A stretch of 64,000 nucleotides of DNA from an uncultured Gemmatimonadales bacterium. Its GTDB lineage: Bacteria; Gemmatimonadota; Gemmatimonadetes; Gemmatimonadales; Gemmatimonadaceae. The stretch is taken from NCBI GenBank assembly GCA_963851265.1, contig CAWKNZ010000002.1, positions 224,001-288,000 of the forward strand, in the 5' to 3' direction. The notes below the pieces were generated by a model, which made no database searches, was not told where the DNA came from, and saw nothing but the letters and a program-made list of their open reading frames with translations. This document shows, piece after piece, positions 30,549 through 39,938 of the stretch (its first letter is position 1; each line of letters opens with the position of its first letter). The position numbers were made by a program, and so were the translations under genes.

Positions 30549-30958
30549 GTTGGGCGGCCACGCTCGACGCGCTCCGGCACCCGGGGCAGCTCGCGGCCGC
30601 GTTGGCGCTCGCCGCGTCCATGAAGCTCGCCGAGGCGGGCGGGTGGTGGGCCATCGAGCGCGCGTTCGACGTCGCGCCGCGGCGCGGCAGTCCGATCCTC
30701 GCGCTCGCGGCGACCAACCTCGCCTCCGCGATTCCGGCCTCCCCCGGCAACCTCGGCGTGTACGAAGGGGCCGCGTTCTCCGCGTACCACCTCCTGCTCG
30801 GGGTGCCGCGCGAGACGGCGATCGCGCTCGCCCTGCTGGGGCACGTGTGCTACCTCATTCCGCTCGTCGGGATCGGGTGGGCCATTCTGTCGGTGCGCCA
30901 GCTTGTCGCGTTCCGCGCCCGGCGCCACGGCCGCGCAGGCGCGCGGCCCACGCCTTGA
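29894..30958 (+). CDS. Lysylphosphatidylglycerol-synthase-TM / flippase-like membrane protein
   Basis: Multiple TM helices; NTVPA, IPASPGNLGVYE signature. Confidence 0.85.
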   Translation: MRFALSAAAWLAGTALVVLALRAVGWSAAIAAVRRAHPLWLALAVCCHGSIVFLWAWQTYVLLPRGADGRAAPAADGSRVTYARCAEVQALTATASNTVPAFLGQATGVALLSERAGIGTAGALSVFAQHNLVEGFAKIGVLFAAAQVAPLPHWMREALVALAGGMVLLTAALGTAAWYARQHTARAAASGGAPVPNIPPEADRRRRDPLARFRAFVVSWAATLDALRHPGQLAAALALAASMKLAEAGGWWAIERAFDVAPRRGSPILALAATNLASAIPASPGNLGVYEGAAFSAYHLLLGVPRETAIALALLGHVCYLIPLVGIGWAILSVRQLVAFRARRHGRAGARPTP

Positions 30959-31102
30959 GCGCACCCTAGGGCGCGTACGGCCGTAAGGCGCCCGGGTATG
31001 CGTAGGGCACCCGACCGCGGAGGTGCAGGTGCGGGGTCGGCTTCGGTATATATTCGGGTGACAGCGCGTAGCAACCGCGACGCGTCCTCACCCCGCCGTC
31101 CC

Positions 31103-31708
31103 ATGTCTGACGCCACTGTTGCCGCCGTCGCCTCGGTAGCCGTCGCCATCATCACGGCGGTCGTGGGTCCCGCCGTCCTCGCCCGGTACAAGGCGCGCCG
31201 CGCGGCCGCGCTGGGGCACGGGCGCCGCGGGCGGCCGCTCATTCCGGCGCGCCCGGGCGCGGCGGCCGCGACGGCGCGGCCGCCGCTGCACGCGCGCGGG
31301 ATGGGTCTAACGTTGCGCGCCGACGCGGGCGCGCTGCGCGGCGCGCCGCGCAGCGTCCTCCGCGAGGGTGGGCCGCGTGCGGTGCTGGCGCGGCTGGCCG
31401 AGATCCCGCCGCTGAGCCGGCGCGCGGTCGCACACGAACTGTTCGTCGGCCGTTGGGCCGACGAGTGGATGGGCGTCGTGCGCGACGTCCGCGAGAGCGA
31501 CTCGGGCTACTCCGTGCACGTGGTCGACCCGGACGACGGCGGCGCGGCGCTCCTCGACTTCGGCGCCGACGAGCGGCCGATGCTCGAATCGCTGCGCGAG
31601 GGCGACCGCGTGCGCTACGTGGGGCGGGTGACCGGGGCCGAGGACGGTTTCGTTATCCTCGACTCGCCCACCATCACGCGGGCGGGGTGGGTGTCGGGGG
31701 AGTGGTGA
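31103..31708 (+). CDS. Membrane-anchored hypothetical protein with an OB-fold-like C-terminus
   Basis: N-terminal TM helix; WMGVVRDV...LREGDRVRYVGRVTG. Confidence 0.65.
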   Translation: MSDATVAAVASVAVAIITAVVGPAVLARYKARRAAALGHGRRGRPLIPARPGAAAATARPPLHARGMGLTLRADAGALRGAPRSVLREGGPRAVLARLAEIPPLSRRAVAHELFVGRWADEWMGVVRDVRESDSGYSVHVVDPDDGGAALLDFGADERPMLESLREGDRVRYVGRVTGAEDGFVILDSPTITRAGWVSGEW

Positions 31709-32363
31709 GCGCCCCGCCGTTCGCGGCCGCGCGCCGCGCGATCACGCCGTACAGCGGATCGCCGCGGCGCGGCGCGTGCGCGCGCACCTCGGCCGCGTCG
31801 AATCCTCCCGCGGCGCGTGCGTACTCGGCGACGAGCTGCGTGTGCCCGCGGTCGTCGAGCGCCTGCCACGCGGCCACGGCCTTGGTCGGAAAGCAGCGGT
31901 TGGAGAACGTGACGACGAACGGCGCGCCCGGGCGGAGCACGCGTGCCACCTCCCGAAACACATCGACCGGGCGCACGAGGTACTGCACCGACACGCAGCA
32001 CCCCGCGCCGTCGAACGAGGCGTCGTCGTAGGGCAACGTCGGCGTCGCGTTCAGGTCCTGTACGCGCCACTCCGTGAGGCGCGGGTTCGCCGCGAGCTCG
32101 TCGGCGTTCATCCCGAGCCCCGCGACGCGGCCGTACGCGACGTCGTCCGGCAGGTGGCTCACCCAGCTCGACATGAGATCGAGGACGTCGCCGCCGGCCG
32201 GCAGCACGTCGCGGTAGAGCGCGGTCACGGCCGCGATCGCGCCGTCGTCGATGTGCGTGACGAAGCGCGGCGCCACGTAGAACGACGTGTCGGGCGACTC
32301 GTCGGCGCGGCGAAACGCGGCGGCCGGAAACCCGTCTGCGGTGCGGTCGCGCTGCGTGCTCAC
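31674..32363 (-). CDS. Class I SAM-dependent methyltransferase
   Basis: DESPDTSFYVAPRFVTHID, LDLMSSWVSH, VSVQYL, FSNRCFPTKA; GTGA overlap. Confidence 0.9.
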   Translation of the reverse strand: MSTQRDRTADGFPAAAFRRADESPDTSFYVAPRFVTHIDDGAIAAVTALYRDVLPAGGDVLDLMSSWVSHLPDDVAYGRVAGLGMNADELAANPRLTEWRVQDLNATPTLPYDDASFDGAGCCVSVQYLVRPVDVFREVARVLRPGAPFVVTFSNRCFPTKAVAAWQALDDRGHTQLVAEYARAAGGFDAAEVRAHAPRRGDPLYGVIARRAAANGGALTTPPTPTPPA

Positions 32364-33034
32364 CGACGGGGCCGCTTGGCGGCCGTGCGCCGTGCGGCGG
32401 CACCCTTGGCCGCGGTACCCGTCGCGGCCGGCCGCTTGGCCGCGGGTCGCTTGGCCGCAGGTTGCTTCGCCGTGGGCCGCTTCGCGGCCGGCTGCTTGGT
32501 AGCGGCTCGCTCGGGCGCCGTCGGCGCCTCGCTCTGGTGCTCGGTGGCGTGGCGCCGCGCCGTCGCCGCGCGCTCGGTGTTCGCGACGAACTGCTGCCCC
32601 GTCTTCGATCCCGCACGCTTCTTCTTGTCGGTCGCGCGGCGTTCGGCGGGGCTCAGCTCCTCCCACGCCTTCTCGGGGAGGTAGCGCGCCGTCGTCTCGC
32701 CGCGCTGGGCGGGCTTGCCGTCGGCGGTGGTCCACGCTTCGTGCGTCCACTCGTCGAGGTGCCGCTGCGCGGGCGCCTTGCCTCCGACATACCCGCCGCC
32801 CGCGGCCTCGTACTGGTGCGCGAGGAGTTGCGCCTTCCGCGCACTCCACTGCCCCGGGTGGCCGCCCTTGTCGCCGGCGAGGACCTCGTCCTTGAGCCGG
32901 TCGCGCAGCTCGGGGTCGGTGTAGTGGCTCGGGTCGGACCCGTGCTTCGCCCCGGTCTTCCCCGCGCGCGTTGGTGCTGCGCTCTTCTTTGCCCGAGGCT
33001 TCTTTGCCGCAGACTTCGTCGTCGCCGCCATCAT
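32360..33034 (-). CDS. Conserved hydrophilic protein (DUF5872-like) with basic tails
   Basis: YTDPELRDRLKDEV..GDKGG.PGQWSARKAQL...YEAAGGGY; RYLPEKAW; (AKR/QPA)n tail. Confidence 0.8.
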   Translation of the reverse strand: MMAATTKSAAKKPRAKKSAAPTRAGKTGAKHGSDPSHYTDPELRDRLKDEVLAGDKGGHPGQWSARKAQLLAHQYEAAGGGYVGGKAPAQRHLDEWTHEAWTTADGKPAQRGETTARYLPEKAWEELSPAERRATDKKKRAGSKTGQQFVANTERAATARRHATEHQSEAPTAPERAATKQPAAKRPTAKQPAAKRPAAKRPAATGTAAKGAAARRTAAKRPRR

Positions 33035-33089
33035 CCCCCCGTTGCGGAAATTTGGTTGCGGTAGGGCAAGAACTGTGACCGGCGCGCGC

Positions 33090-33620
33090 TCAGAACGCGC
33101 GCACGACCGCCGTCGCCCGTATCGTGTCGGGAGGCTTCACGCCTCGACGCGCGCCGGGACGTCCGCCGCGCGCGATCGCGAGCGCGAACGGCACCGAATC
33201 GCCCACGCCGATCGGGCGCCGCAGTCCGTCGAGCATCGCGTGCCGGCCGAGCGGGGCGAAGACGACCGAATCGCCCGGTGCCACCGCGATGCGGTCGAGA
33301 GGCGTCATGTGCACCATCGCTCCGGCGCCCTCGCCCGTCCGCATCGATTCGTGGAGCGACGTCGACGCCGCGACGCCCGACCGCGCCCCCACCACCAGCA
33401 GCGTGTCGCGCCCGGGGTTGGCGAGCGTGAAGTAGAGCGCCCCGTCGGTGCCGGCCGCGGCAGGGCGTGCCCACGCGTCGTGCACCTCGGGCGTGGCCGC
33501 GGAGCCCGCGCGGCGCTCGCCCGCGCAGCCTGCGGCCCACACGAGGGCGGCGCACGCCGCCGCACGGTACGCCGGGGCGGGGCGCGCGCGCGGGCGCGCC
33601 GTTCCCGCCGTCACGCGCAT
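33090..33620 (-). CDS. Copper chaperone PCu(A)C lipoprotein
   Basis: Lipobox WAAGC; DAWAR, YFTLAN, LHES...M...HAML copper motif. Confidence 0.85.
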   Translation of the reverse strand: MRVTAGTARPRARPAPAYRAAACAALVWAAGCAGERRAGSAATPEVHDAWARPAAAGTDGALYFTLANPGRDTLLVVGARSGVAASTSLHESMRTGEGAGAMVHMTPLDRIAVAPGDSVVFAPLGRHAMLDGLRRPIGVGDSVPFALAIARGGRPGARRGVKPPDTIRATAVVRAF

Positions 33621-33788
33621 GCGCCTAACCGCCAGCGCCGTACGCGTCGCCGCCGCACGCGTCGCCCGCCGCCGAGCTCGTCTCGTGAGGCGCACGCCGG
33701 CAAACCAGTCCGCCGGGGCCCGACGGTTGCACGCGCGTGACGCGCCCGCCGCGCACCACCGTCGGTCTCGCATCCCATCCCGTTCGCC

Positions 33789-34244
33789 ATGCAAGCGCTG
33801 CTCCTCGTGTTCACCGTGGTTGCGGGCGTGCTCAACACGCTCCAGTCCGGGAGTAACTCCACCCTCAACAAGCGCCTCGACCACCCGCTCGCGAGCGCCA
33901 CCGTCGTCTATCTCGGCGGACTCGTGCTGCTCCTCCTCGGCTGGCTCGGCGCGCAGCTCGTCGGTAAAGGCGGATTTCCGGCGGCGGACCGCGTCGCGCA
34001 GGTGCCGTGGTGGGGGTGGATCGGCGGGACGCTCGGCCTCGCGTTCGTGTTCGGCACGCTGCTGGTCGCGCCGAAGCTCGGGGCCGCGCTGTACACCACG
34101 GTCTCGGTCACCGCGGCGATCGTCACCTCGCTCGCACTCGACCACTTCGGGTGGATGGGCTTCGAGGTGCACCACGCGGGCGCCGGGCGCATCGTGGGGG
34201 CGCTGCTCATCATCGGGGGCCTGGGGCTGATCGCGAAATTCTGA
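33789..34244 (+). CDS. DMT-superfamily transporter (YdcZ/DUF606)
   Basis: Q...N..L, PWWGWIGG.LG, PKLGA, LDHFGW.G. Confidence 0.9.
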   Translation: MQALLLVFTVVAGVLNTLQSGSNSTLNKRLDHPLASATVVYLGGLVLLLLGWLGAQLVGKGGFPAADRVAQVPWWGWIGGTLGLAFVFGTLLVAPKLGAALYTTVSVTAAIVTSLALDHFGWMGFEVHHAGAGRIVGALLIIGGLGLIAKF

Positions 34245-34268
34245 GTGCTTCCGCTGGCCGGCTACCCT

Positions 34269-35930
34269 TCACGCCTCCGGAAGTACGTCGAGCCCCGCCG
34301 TGCCCGCACCGCGCGCCGGCCCGCGGTCGCGCGGCGCGTGCCGTTCCGCGGAGGGTGCGGGCGCGTCGCCGCGCTTGTTCCCGGCCGGCCGTGCCGGGCG
34401 CGGGCCATCGGCCGGCAGCGCCGCCGTGTAGCGCGCGATGTACTCCGTCACGCGCACCTTGCGCGCGGTCGCCTCGCTCGACATCGGCCGCACCTTGCCC
34501 AGCACCGGGCGCTCCTGCCAGGCGTGGTCGTAGCGGCCTAACACCCACGTGACGCCGCTCGTCGAGTTCGGGTTGCGCCCGTCGAGCGCCCAGCGGTTGT
34601 TCACGTGCAGCATGAACGCGAGCGCCTCCTCCCCCGAGCGCGTCCACTCGAGGAACTTCTTCCCCCAGAGGATGCGCAGGTAGTTGTGGATGCGCCCGTC
34701 GGCGCGGAGCTGCCCCTGCGTCGCGTTCCACAGCGCGTCGTACGTCGCGCCCGCCTCGAGCTCGTCGCGCGAGAACAGCTCCGCGCGGCGGTCGCCGGCG
34801 TGCGCCTCGAGCGTCGCGCGCGCCCAGTCGGGCAGCGAGCCGTACGTGTCGTGCGCCGGGAGAAACCGCGCGGTGTTGTACGACAGTTCGCGCCACGTCA
34901 CGAACTCGTCGAGGAACGCCTCCCCGTTGGGCGACATCCCCCACCACCCCTCGCGCTTGCCGGTGGGGCGCGGCGCGAGCCGCTCGAGCGACCACCCCTC
35001 GCGCTCGGCGAGGCCGGCGAACACCTCGTGCGCGCTCACGAACCCCCAGTGCAGGTATGGCGAGAGCCCGCTGTTGCTCGGGTCCTCGGCCTCGTTCCGC
35101 CGGGTCGCGTACGTGCCGAGCTTGCGGTCGAGGAAGTCGGCGAGGACGACGGCGCCCTTGACCGAGCCGCCGCTGAACGCCACCGGCGGCACCGAGTGGT
35201 CGATGGGCAGCGCGCCGAGCGCGGCGCGGCCGGCCTCGCCCCGGTCGAGCAGGGCCGGCGACGCGCCCGGCCAGCGCCGGCGCACCGCCTCCACCTGCGC
35301 GAGCGCCCCGCCCGCGAGCGCGGGAAGCCCGCGTGCCATGCCTAACGGCTCGGCGCGTGGGAACGCGCCGAGCCGCGCGGGGAGCTCGCGCTGCAGGTGG
35401 CGGCGGAAGTGCGGGGCCGCCGTCCAGGCCTTCTCGCCCGATCGCAGCGGCAGCAGTCCGTTCCCGTCGACCGCCTCGAGCCGCACGCCGCGCGCGGCGA
35501 GCTTCTCGCCCGCGGCGGCGAGCATGCGCGGCAGGAAAAACTCGGGGAACTCGTCGGTCACGACGAGGCACGCGCGCTCGGCAAGTGTCTCGAGCAGCCC
35601 GCGCCCGGCGCCGGGCGCGGGCTCCACGTAGGGCAGGTGCGCCACGCGCGCCGCGGCGTACGCGGCCGCGTCGTCGGCCATGCCGTCGAGCGCGAAGCGG
35701 TGCAGCCGGTCGCTCGCAAACGGGTAGCCCGCGCGCAACGCCTCGAGCACGACGAGCGGACGCTGCCACGCGTGCGCCCGGTCCAACGCGTACTCGAGCG
35801 CGAAGTTGTGCCGCGTGCGGCGCGCCATCACGCACCAGTACAGCACGTAGTCGCGCGTGGGCTCGGCGGGCACGTCGTTGCGCGCGCTCAGACGCTCGGC
35901 GGGGACGGTGGACGCGGTGGCGGCAGGCAT
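34269..35930 (-). CDS. phr: Class II CPD DNA photolyase
   Basis: VLYW...R..HNFAL, SGLSPYLHWG, WRELS, IHNYLRILWGKKFLEW, NNRWALDGRNPN. Confidence 0.9.
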   Translation of the reverse strand: MPAATASTVPAERLSARNDVPAEPTRDYVLYWCVMARRTRHNFALEYALDRAHAWQRPLVVLEALRAGYPFASDRLHRFALDGMADDAAAYAAARVAHLPYVEPAPGAGRGLLETLAERACLVVTDEFPEFFLPRMLAAAGEKLAARGVRLEAVDGNGLLPLRSGEKAWTAAPHFRRHLQRELPARLGAFPRAEPLGMARGLPALAGGALAQVEAVRRRWPGASPALLDRGEAGRAALGALPIDHSVPPVAFSGGSVKGAVVLADFLDRKLGTYATRRNEAEDPSNSGLSPYLHWGFVSAHEVFAGLAEREGWSLERLAPRPTGKREGWWGMSPNGEAFLDEFVTWRELSYNTARFLPAHDTYGSLPDWARATLEAHAGDRRAELFSRDELEAGATYDALWNATQGQLRADGRIHNYLRILWGKKFLEWTRSGEEALAFMLHVNNRWALDGRNPNSTSGVTWVLGRYDHAWQERPVLGKVRPMSSEATARKVRVTEYIARYTAALPADGPRPARPAGNKRGDAPAPSAERHAPRDRGPARGAGTAGLDVLPEA

Positions 35931-36131
35931 TCGGGCGGAACGGTGGGCCAGGATCGTCCCGTCAAACGGTCGTCCGCTCTGCGGGGTTCCGCTCGGGGCG
36001 CGTTCCCGACGCCGCCGCGATATCCCGCGGGCGCAATCAAGTGCTCGCCCACGCCGGCCGACACTGCATCTCCGGGCTCGCCGCCGCCGGCGTTCGCGGA
36101 GCCCTTCCTTTTCTCCACCCACACGACGCAC

Positions 36132-36857
36132 ATGTCGACACTGCGCAACATCGCCGCCCACCTGTGGCGCGGCAGCCGCGTTCGGAAAGCCAACGTCATC
36201 CTCGGAGTGACGGGCGCGGCGCTCTCCGCCGCGTGCGCGGCGGACAACGTCGTCGCGCCCGCCGCGACGCCCACCGCACAGCGTGTTCCGACGCCGGCGT
36301 TCGACGGCGCCGCCGCGAAGCCCACGCCCGTCGCCAAGAACGTTCAGGACTCGATCAAGCAGTACAACAAGGCGCAGATGGACTCGCTGAAGGCGGACTG
36401 GCAGGCGTACAAGCACGCCGTGCAGTCCGGAGTCGTCGACGCCGAGTTCTTGCGCTGCGAGCCGAAGCCGCAGCTGATCGCCACGAAGGTGATCGGTCCC
36501 AAGGGCGGGACCATCAACGTCGGCCCGCACCGGTTCGAGGTGCCTGCGGGCGCGCTCGACTCGAACGTGACCATCATGGCCATCGCACCGCTGAGTCCGC
36601 GGGCGGAGCTGCGTTTCGAACCGCACGGGCTGCAGTTCAACAAGCCCGTCGAGATGACGATCAACTACAAGGGTTGCGTGGTGCCCGACAACGTCAAGCT
36701 CGGGGTCACGTACGTCGCGCATCCGATGCAGTCGAGCAGCGCGCTGAAGGCCAAGGGCGATCAGCAGATGCCGACGCACGACGACAAGAGCTCGTCGAGC
36801 GTGTCCGCGCTGACGGACCATTTCTCGGGCTACACGGTGTCCTGGACGCGCAACTAA
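36132..36857 (+). CDS. Lipoprotein with a ZU5-like domain and a C-terminal HFS motif
   Basis: Lipobox LSAAC; IGPKGGTI...VPAGAL...FEPHGLQFNKPVEMTINY...LTDHFSGY. Confidence 0.8.
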   Translation: MSTLRNIAAHLWRGSRVRKANVILGVTGAALSAACAADNVVAPAATPTAQRVPTPAFDGAAAKPTPVAKNVQDSIKQYNKAQMDSLKADWQAYKHAVQSGVVDAEFLRCEPKPQLIATKVIGPKGGTINVGPHRFEVPAGALDSNVTIMAIAPLSPRAELRFEPHGLQFNKPVEMTINYKGCVVPDNVKLGVTYVAHPMQSSSALKAKGDQQMPTHDDKSSSSVSALTDHFSGYTVSWTRN

Positions 36858-36877
36858 CCGCTCTTGACCGCGGTGAG

Positions 36878-36930
36878 CGCACGACGGCGGCGGGGCTTCG
36901 CGACTGCGAGCCCCGCCGCCGTCGTGCGTT
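36878..36930 (+). terminator. Long GC-rich hairpin between the lipoprotein and TPR-HD-GYP genes
   Basis: CGCACGACGGCGGCGGGGCT...AGCCCCGCCGCCGTCGTGCG; only a TT tail. Confidence 0.6.
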
Positions 36931-36972
36931 CGCGCGTGACGGCCGGCGCGCATCGCGCGTCGGTCGGGAGCC

Positions 36973-39162
36973 GTGGATCCCGCCACTCCCCTCCCGCCGC
37001 ACGACATTCTCGTCGACCTCGCCGCCGCACTGGCGCACGGCGCGACGAACGACGTTCGCGCGCGCTGCCGCGCGGCGTACCTCGCGCTCCGGAACGCGAC
37101 CGACCCGGCGAAGCTGGCGGCGGGCCTGGCGCGCGCGGAGGCTCGTGCGAACGTGCTCGACGGAGACCTCGGCGGCGCGCTCGACGCGCTCGCGGCGGCG
37201 CTCGCGATCGCAGAGGCGGGGTGCGACGAACTCGGCGCGGCCCAGGCGCTGAACAGCACCGCGATCGTCCACTTTCAGCGCGGTGACCTCGACCGGGCGG
37301 AGGAGCTGTACGCCGCGGCGCGCGCGCGCGCGGCACGCGTCGGAAAGCGCGACGTGATCGCCTCGACGACGCTCAACCTGGGCATCGTCGCCAACGTGCG
37401 CGGCGACTTCCCGCGTGCGCTCTCGCACTACCAGCGCGCGCTGGTCGAGTTCCGCGCGCTCAAGGCGACACGCGACGTGCTGGTCACGCTCAACTGCCTC
37501 GGCATGGTACACGCGGACGTCGGCCGGTGGGATGCCGCCGAGGCGGCGTACACCGAGGCGCTCGCGGTGTGTGAGGAGGTCGGCGACCGCGACGTCCTCG
37601 CGCGCCTGCACAGCAACCTGGCCGAGGCCTGGCTCGCACGGGGCGATCTCGCGCGTGCGCGGGCGGCCTGCGCGAAGGCCGTGGCCGTGTGCGACGGGAC
37701 GGAGCACGGCGGTCCGCGGGGCGAGGTGTACAAGATGCTGGGCATCGTCGCGCGCGAGTCCGGCGAGCTCGGCGCATCGGACGCGCACCTCGCCGCGGCC
37801 GAACGCTTCGCGGTCGACCGTCAAGACCTGTTGCTGCTGGCCGAAGTCGCGCGCGAGCAGGGCGACCTCTACCGCCGCCAGGGCCGGAACCGCGACACGC
37901 TCTCGGCGCTCAATCGCTCGCACCAGCTCTTCCGGCAGCTGCGCGCCCAACGCGACATCGCCGACGTCACCCGCCGCATGGGGCGCCTCGAGGGCGAGTT
38001 CGTCGAGGTGGCACGGCGCTGGGGCGAATCGATCGACGCGAAGGACTGTTACACGCAGGGCCACTGCCAGCGCGTCGCCGACCTCTCGTGCCGCATCGCC
38101 GAGCACGCGGGCGCGGCGTACGGGTTCGACGCGCAGACGATGTTCTGGTACCGGATCGGCGCGCTGCTGCACGATGTCGGCAAGCTCGACGTGCCCGCCG
38201 AAGTGCTGAACAAGCCGGGCAAGCTGAGCGACGCCGAGTGGGCGATGATGCGCGGGCACGCCGAGGCCGGGGTCGCGCTGTTGGGCGACATCGAGTTCCC
38301 GTGGGACATCCGCCCGATCGTGCTCTCGCACCACGAGCGGTGGGACGGCAAGGGCTACCCGCACGGGCTCGCGGGCGAGGCGATTCCGCTGTCGGCGCGC
38401 GTGCTCGCCGTGGCCGACGTCTACGACGCGCTGACCTCGGTGCGGAGCTACAAGCGCGCGATGACGCACGACGACGCGCTGCGCATCCTGCGGCAGGATG
38501 CCGGGACCGCGTTCGACCCGCAAGTCGTGGCCTGGTTCGAGGCGGTCGCCCCGGCGTGGCGCGCGACGTTGGCCGCCGCCGACGGTGCGCCGGAGGTGGA
38601 CGGGTCGATGGGGGGAGACGCGCGCCTCGCGCCCGACGTGCGCGACCAGCGCCGGGCGGCGGGGCTCGACGAGGTGACCGGGTTGCCCGGGCGCCAGACC
38701 TTCTTCGACGAGTGCGCGCGGGTGCTCGCGGCGCGCGTGGGCGACGGCCGGCCGACGGTACTGCTTCTCGTCTCGCTCACGCCGCCGGCCGTCGCGGGCG
38801 CTATCGGCACGTCCGGGTTGAGCGAGGCCGCACTCGCGGCCGTGGGCGAGGCGATCAGCCGCAACACGCGCGGCGGCGACTTCGTGGGGCGCTACTCGGA
38901 ACGCGAATTCGTGGTCATGCTCCCCGACACGAACGTCGAGGACGGCGCGGCGACCCTCGTGCGGTTACGCGACGTGATTGGAACCGCGCTTCGGAACGTC
39001 ACGTCGGACGCCGCAGCTCCGATGGTCGACATGGCCGCCAGCGTCGCGCCCGAGCACGGCACCACGTCGGGTGCACTGCTCGCGGCGGCGGACGCCACCC
39101 TGCGGCGCGGTCGCGGCATCGCGAACCCGATGGGGACGCGCGTGCTGCAGGCCGCGGCCTGA
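36973..39162 (+). CDS. TPR - HD-GYP phosphodiesterase - degenerate GGDEF protein
   Basis: About 6 TPR-like repeats (ALNSTAIVHFQRGD, TLNLGIVANVRGD, LNCLGMVH); YTQGHCQRV, LLHDVGK, HHERWDGKGYP, VADVYDAL; DEVTGLPGR...RYSEREF. Confidence 0.92.
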   Translation: MDPATPLPPHDILVDLAAALAHGATNDVRARCRAAYLALRNATDPAKLAAGLARAEARANVLDGDLGGALDALAAALAIAEAGCDELGAAQALNSTAIVHFQRGDLDRAEELYAAARARAARVGKRDVIASTTLNLGIVANVRGDFPRALSHYQRALVEFRALKATRDVLVTLNCLGMVHADVGRWDAAEAAYTEALAVCEEVGDRDVLARLHSNLAEAWLARGDLARARAACAKAVAVCDGTEHGGPRGEVYKMLGIVARESGELGASDAHLAAAERFAVDRQDLLLLAEVAREQGDLYRRQGRNRDTLSALNRSHQLFRQLRAQRDIADVTRRMGRLEGEFVEVARRWGESIDAKDCYTQGHCQRVADLSCRIAEHAGAAYGFDAQTMFWYRIGALLHDVGKLDVPAEVLNKPGKLSDAEWAMMRGHAEAGVALLGDIEFPWDIRPIVLSHHERWDGKGYPHGLAGEAIPLSARVLAVADVYDALTSVRSYKRAMTHDDALRILRQDAGTAFDPQVVAWFEAVAPAWRATLAAADGAPEVDGSMGGDARLAPDVRDQRRAAGLDEVTGLPGRQTFFDECARVLAARVGDGRPTVLLLVSLTPPAVAGAIGTSGLSEAALAAVGEAISRNTRGGDFVGRYSEREFVVMLPDTNVEDGAATLVRLRDVIGTALRNVTSDAAAPMVDMAASVAPEHGTTSGALLAAADATLRRGRGIANPMGTRVLQAAA

Positions 39163-39254
39163 CGCAGCGCGCGAGCGGTCCGACGCCGCCCGGGAACCGA
39201 CGGGCGCGGCCGGGGCTATGTGAGGGAGTTCCTTCGCCCTTTATCGGCCCAATC

Positions 39255-39905
39255 ATGACCCGAATCCTTGCCCGTTCGCTCGGCGCGCTCGCGCTCGTGC
39301 CTACCCTTGCCGCCGCGCGCCCGACCCGCCCCACCGGTGCTCCGCCGAGTGCGCCCCTGCGTGCCGCCGCACTCGACACCGCGGTGTTCGCGGGTGGATG
39401 CTTCTGGGGCGTCGAGGGCGTGTTCGAGCACGTGCGCGGGGTGCGTTCCGCGACGGCCGGCTACGCCGGCGGGACGGTCCCGTCGCCGTCGTACGATCAG
39501 GTGAGTACGGGTTCCACGGGGCACGCCGAGTCGGTGCGCGTCGTCTACGACCCGTCGCGCGTGTCGTACGACCAGTTGCTGCAGGTGTTCTTCACCGTCG
39601 CGCACGACCCGACCGAGCTCAATCGGCAGGGGCCGGACGTCGGGACGCAGTACCGCTCGGCCGTGTTCTACCGCACGCCGGCGCAAAAGGCCGCGGTCGA
39701 GGCGTACGTCGCGCGCCTGCGCGCGTCGCACGCGTTCGCGCAGCCCATCGTGACCCAGATCGCGCCGCTCGCGCGCTTCAACGAGGCCGAGGCGTACCAC
39801 CAGCGGTACATGGCGCAGCACCCCGACGCGCCGTACATCATGTACAACGACGCGCCGAAGGTGGCGGAGCTCAAGAAGCGGTTCGCCCCACTGTACCAGG
39901 GTTAG
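39255..39905 (+). CDS. msrA: Peptide-methionine (S)-S-oxide reductase with a signal peptide
   Basis: FAGGCFWG, GYAGG, GHAESV, HDPT, QGPDVGTQYRS, AEAYHQ. Confidence 0.95.
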   Translation: MTRILARSLGALALVPTLAAARPTRPTGAPPSAPLRAAALDTAVFAGGCFWGVEGVFEHVRGVRSATAGYAGGTVPSPSYDQVSTGSTGHAESVRVVYDPSRVSYDQLLQVFFTVAHDPTELNRQGPDVGTQYRSAVFYRTPAQKAAVEAYVARLRASHAFAQPIVTQIAPLARFNEAEAYHQRYMAQHPDAPYIMYNDAPKVAELKKRFAPLYQG

Positions 39906-39938
39906 GCCGGGCGCGCGCGGGTCGGCCGGGGGGTCGGG

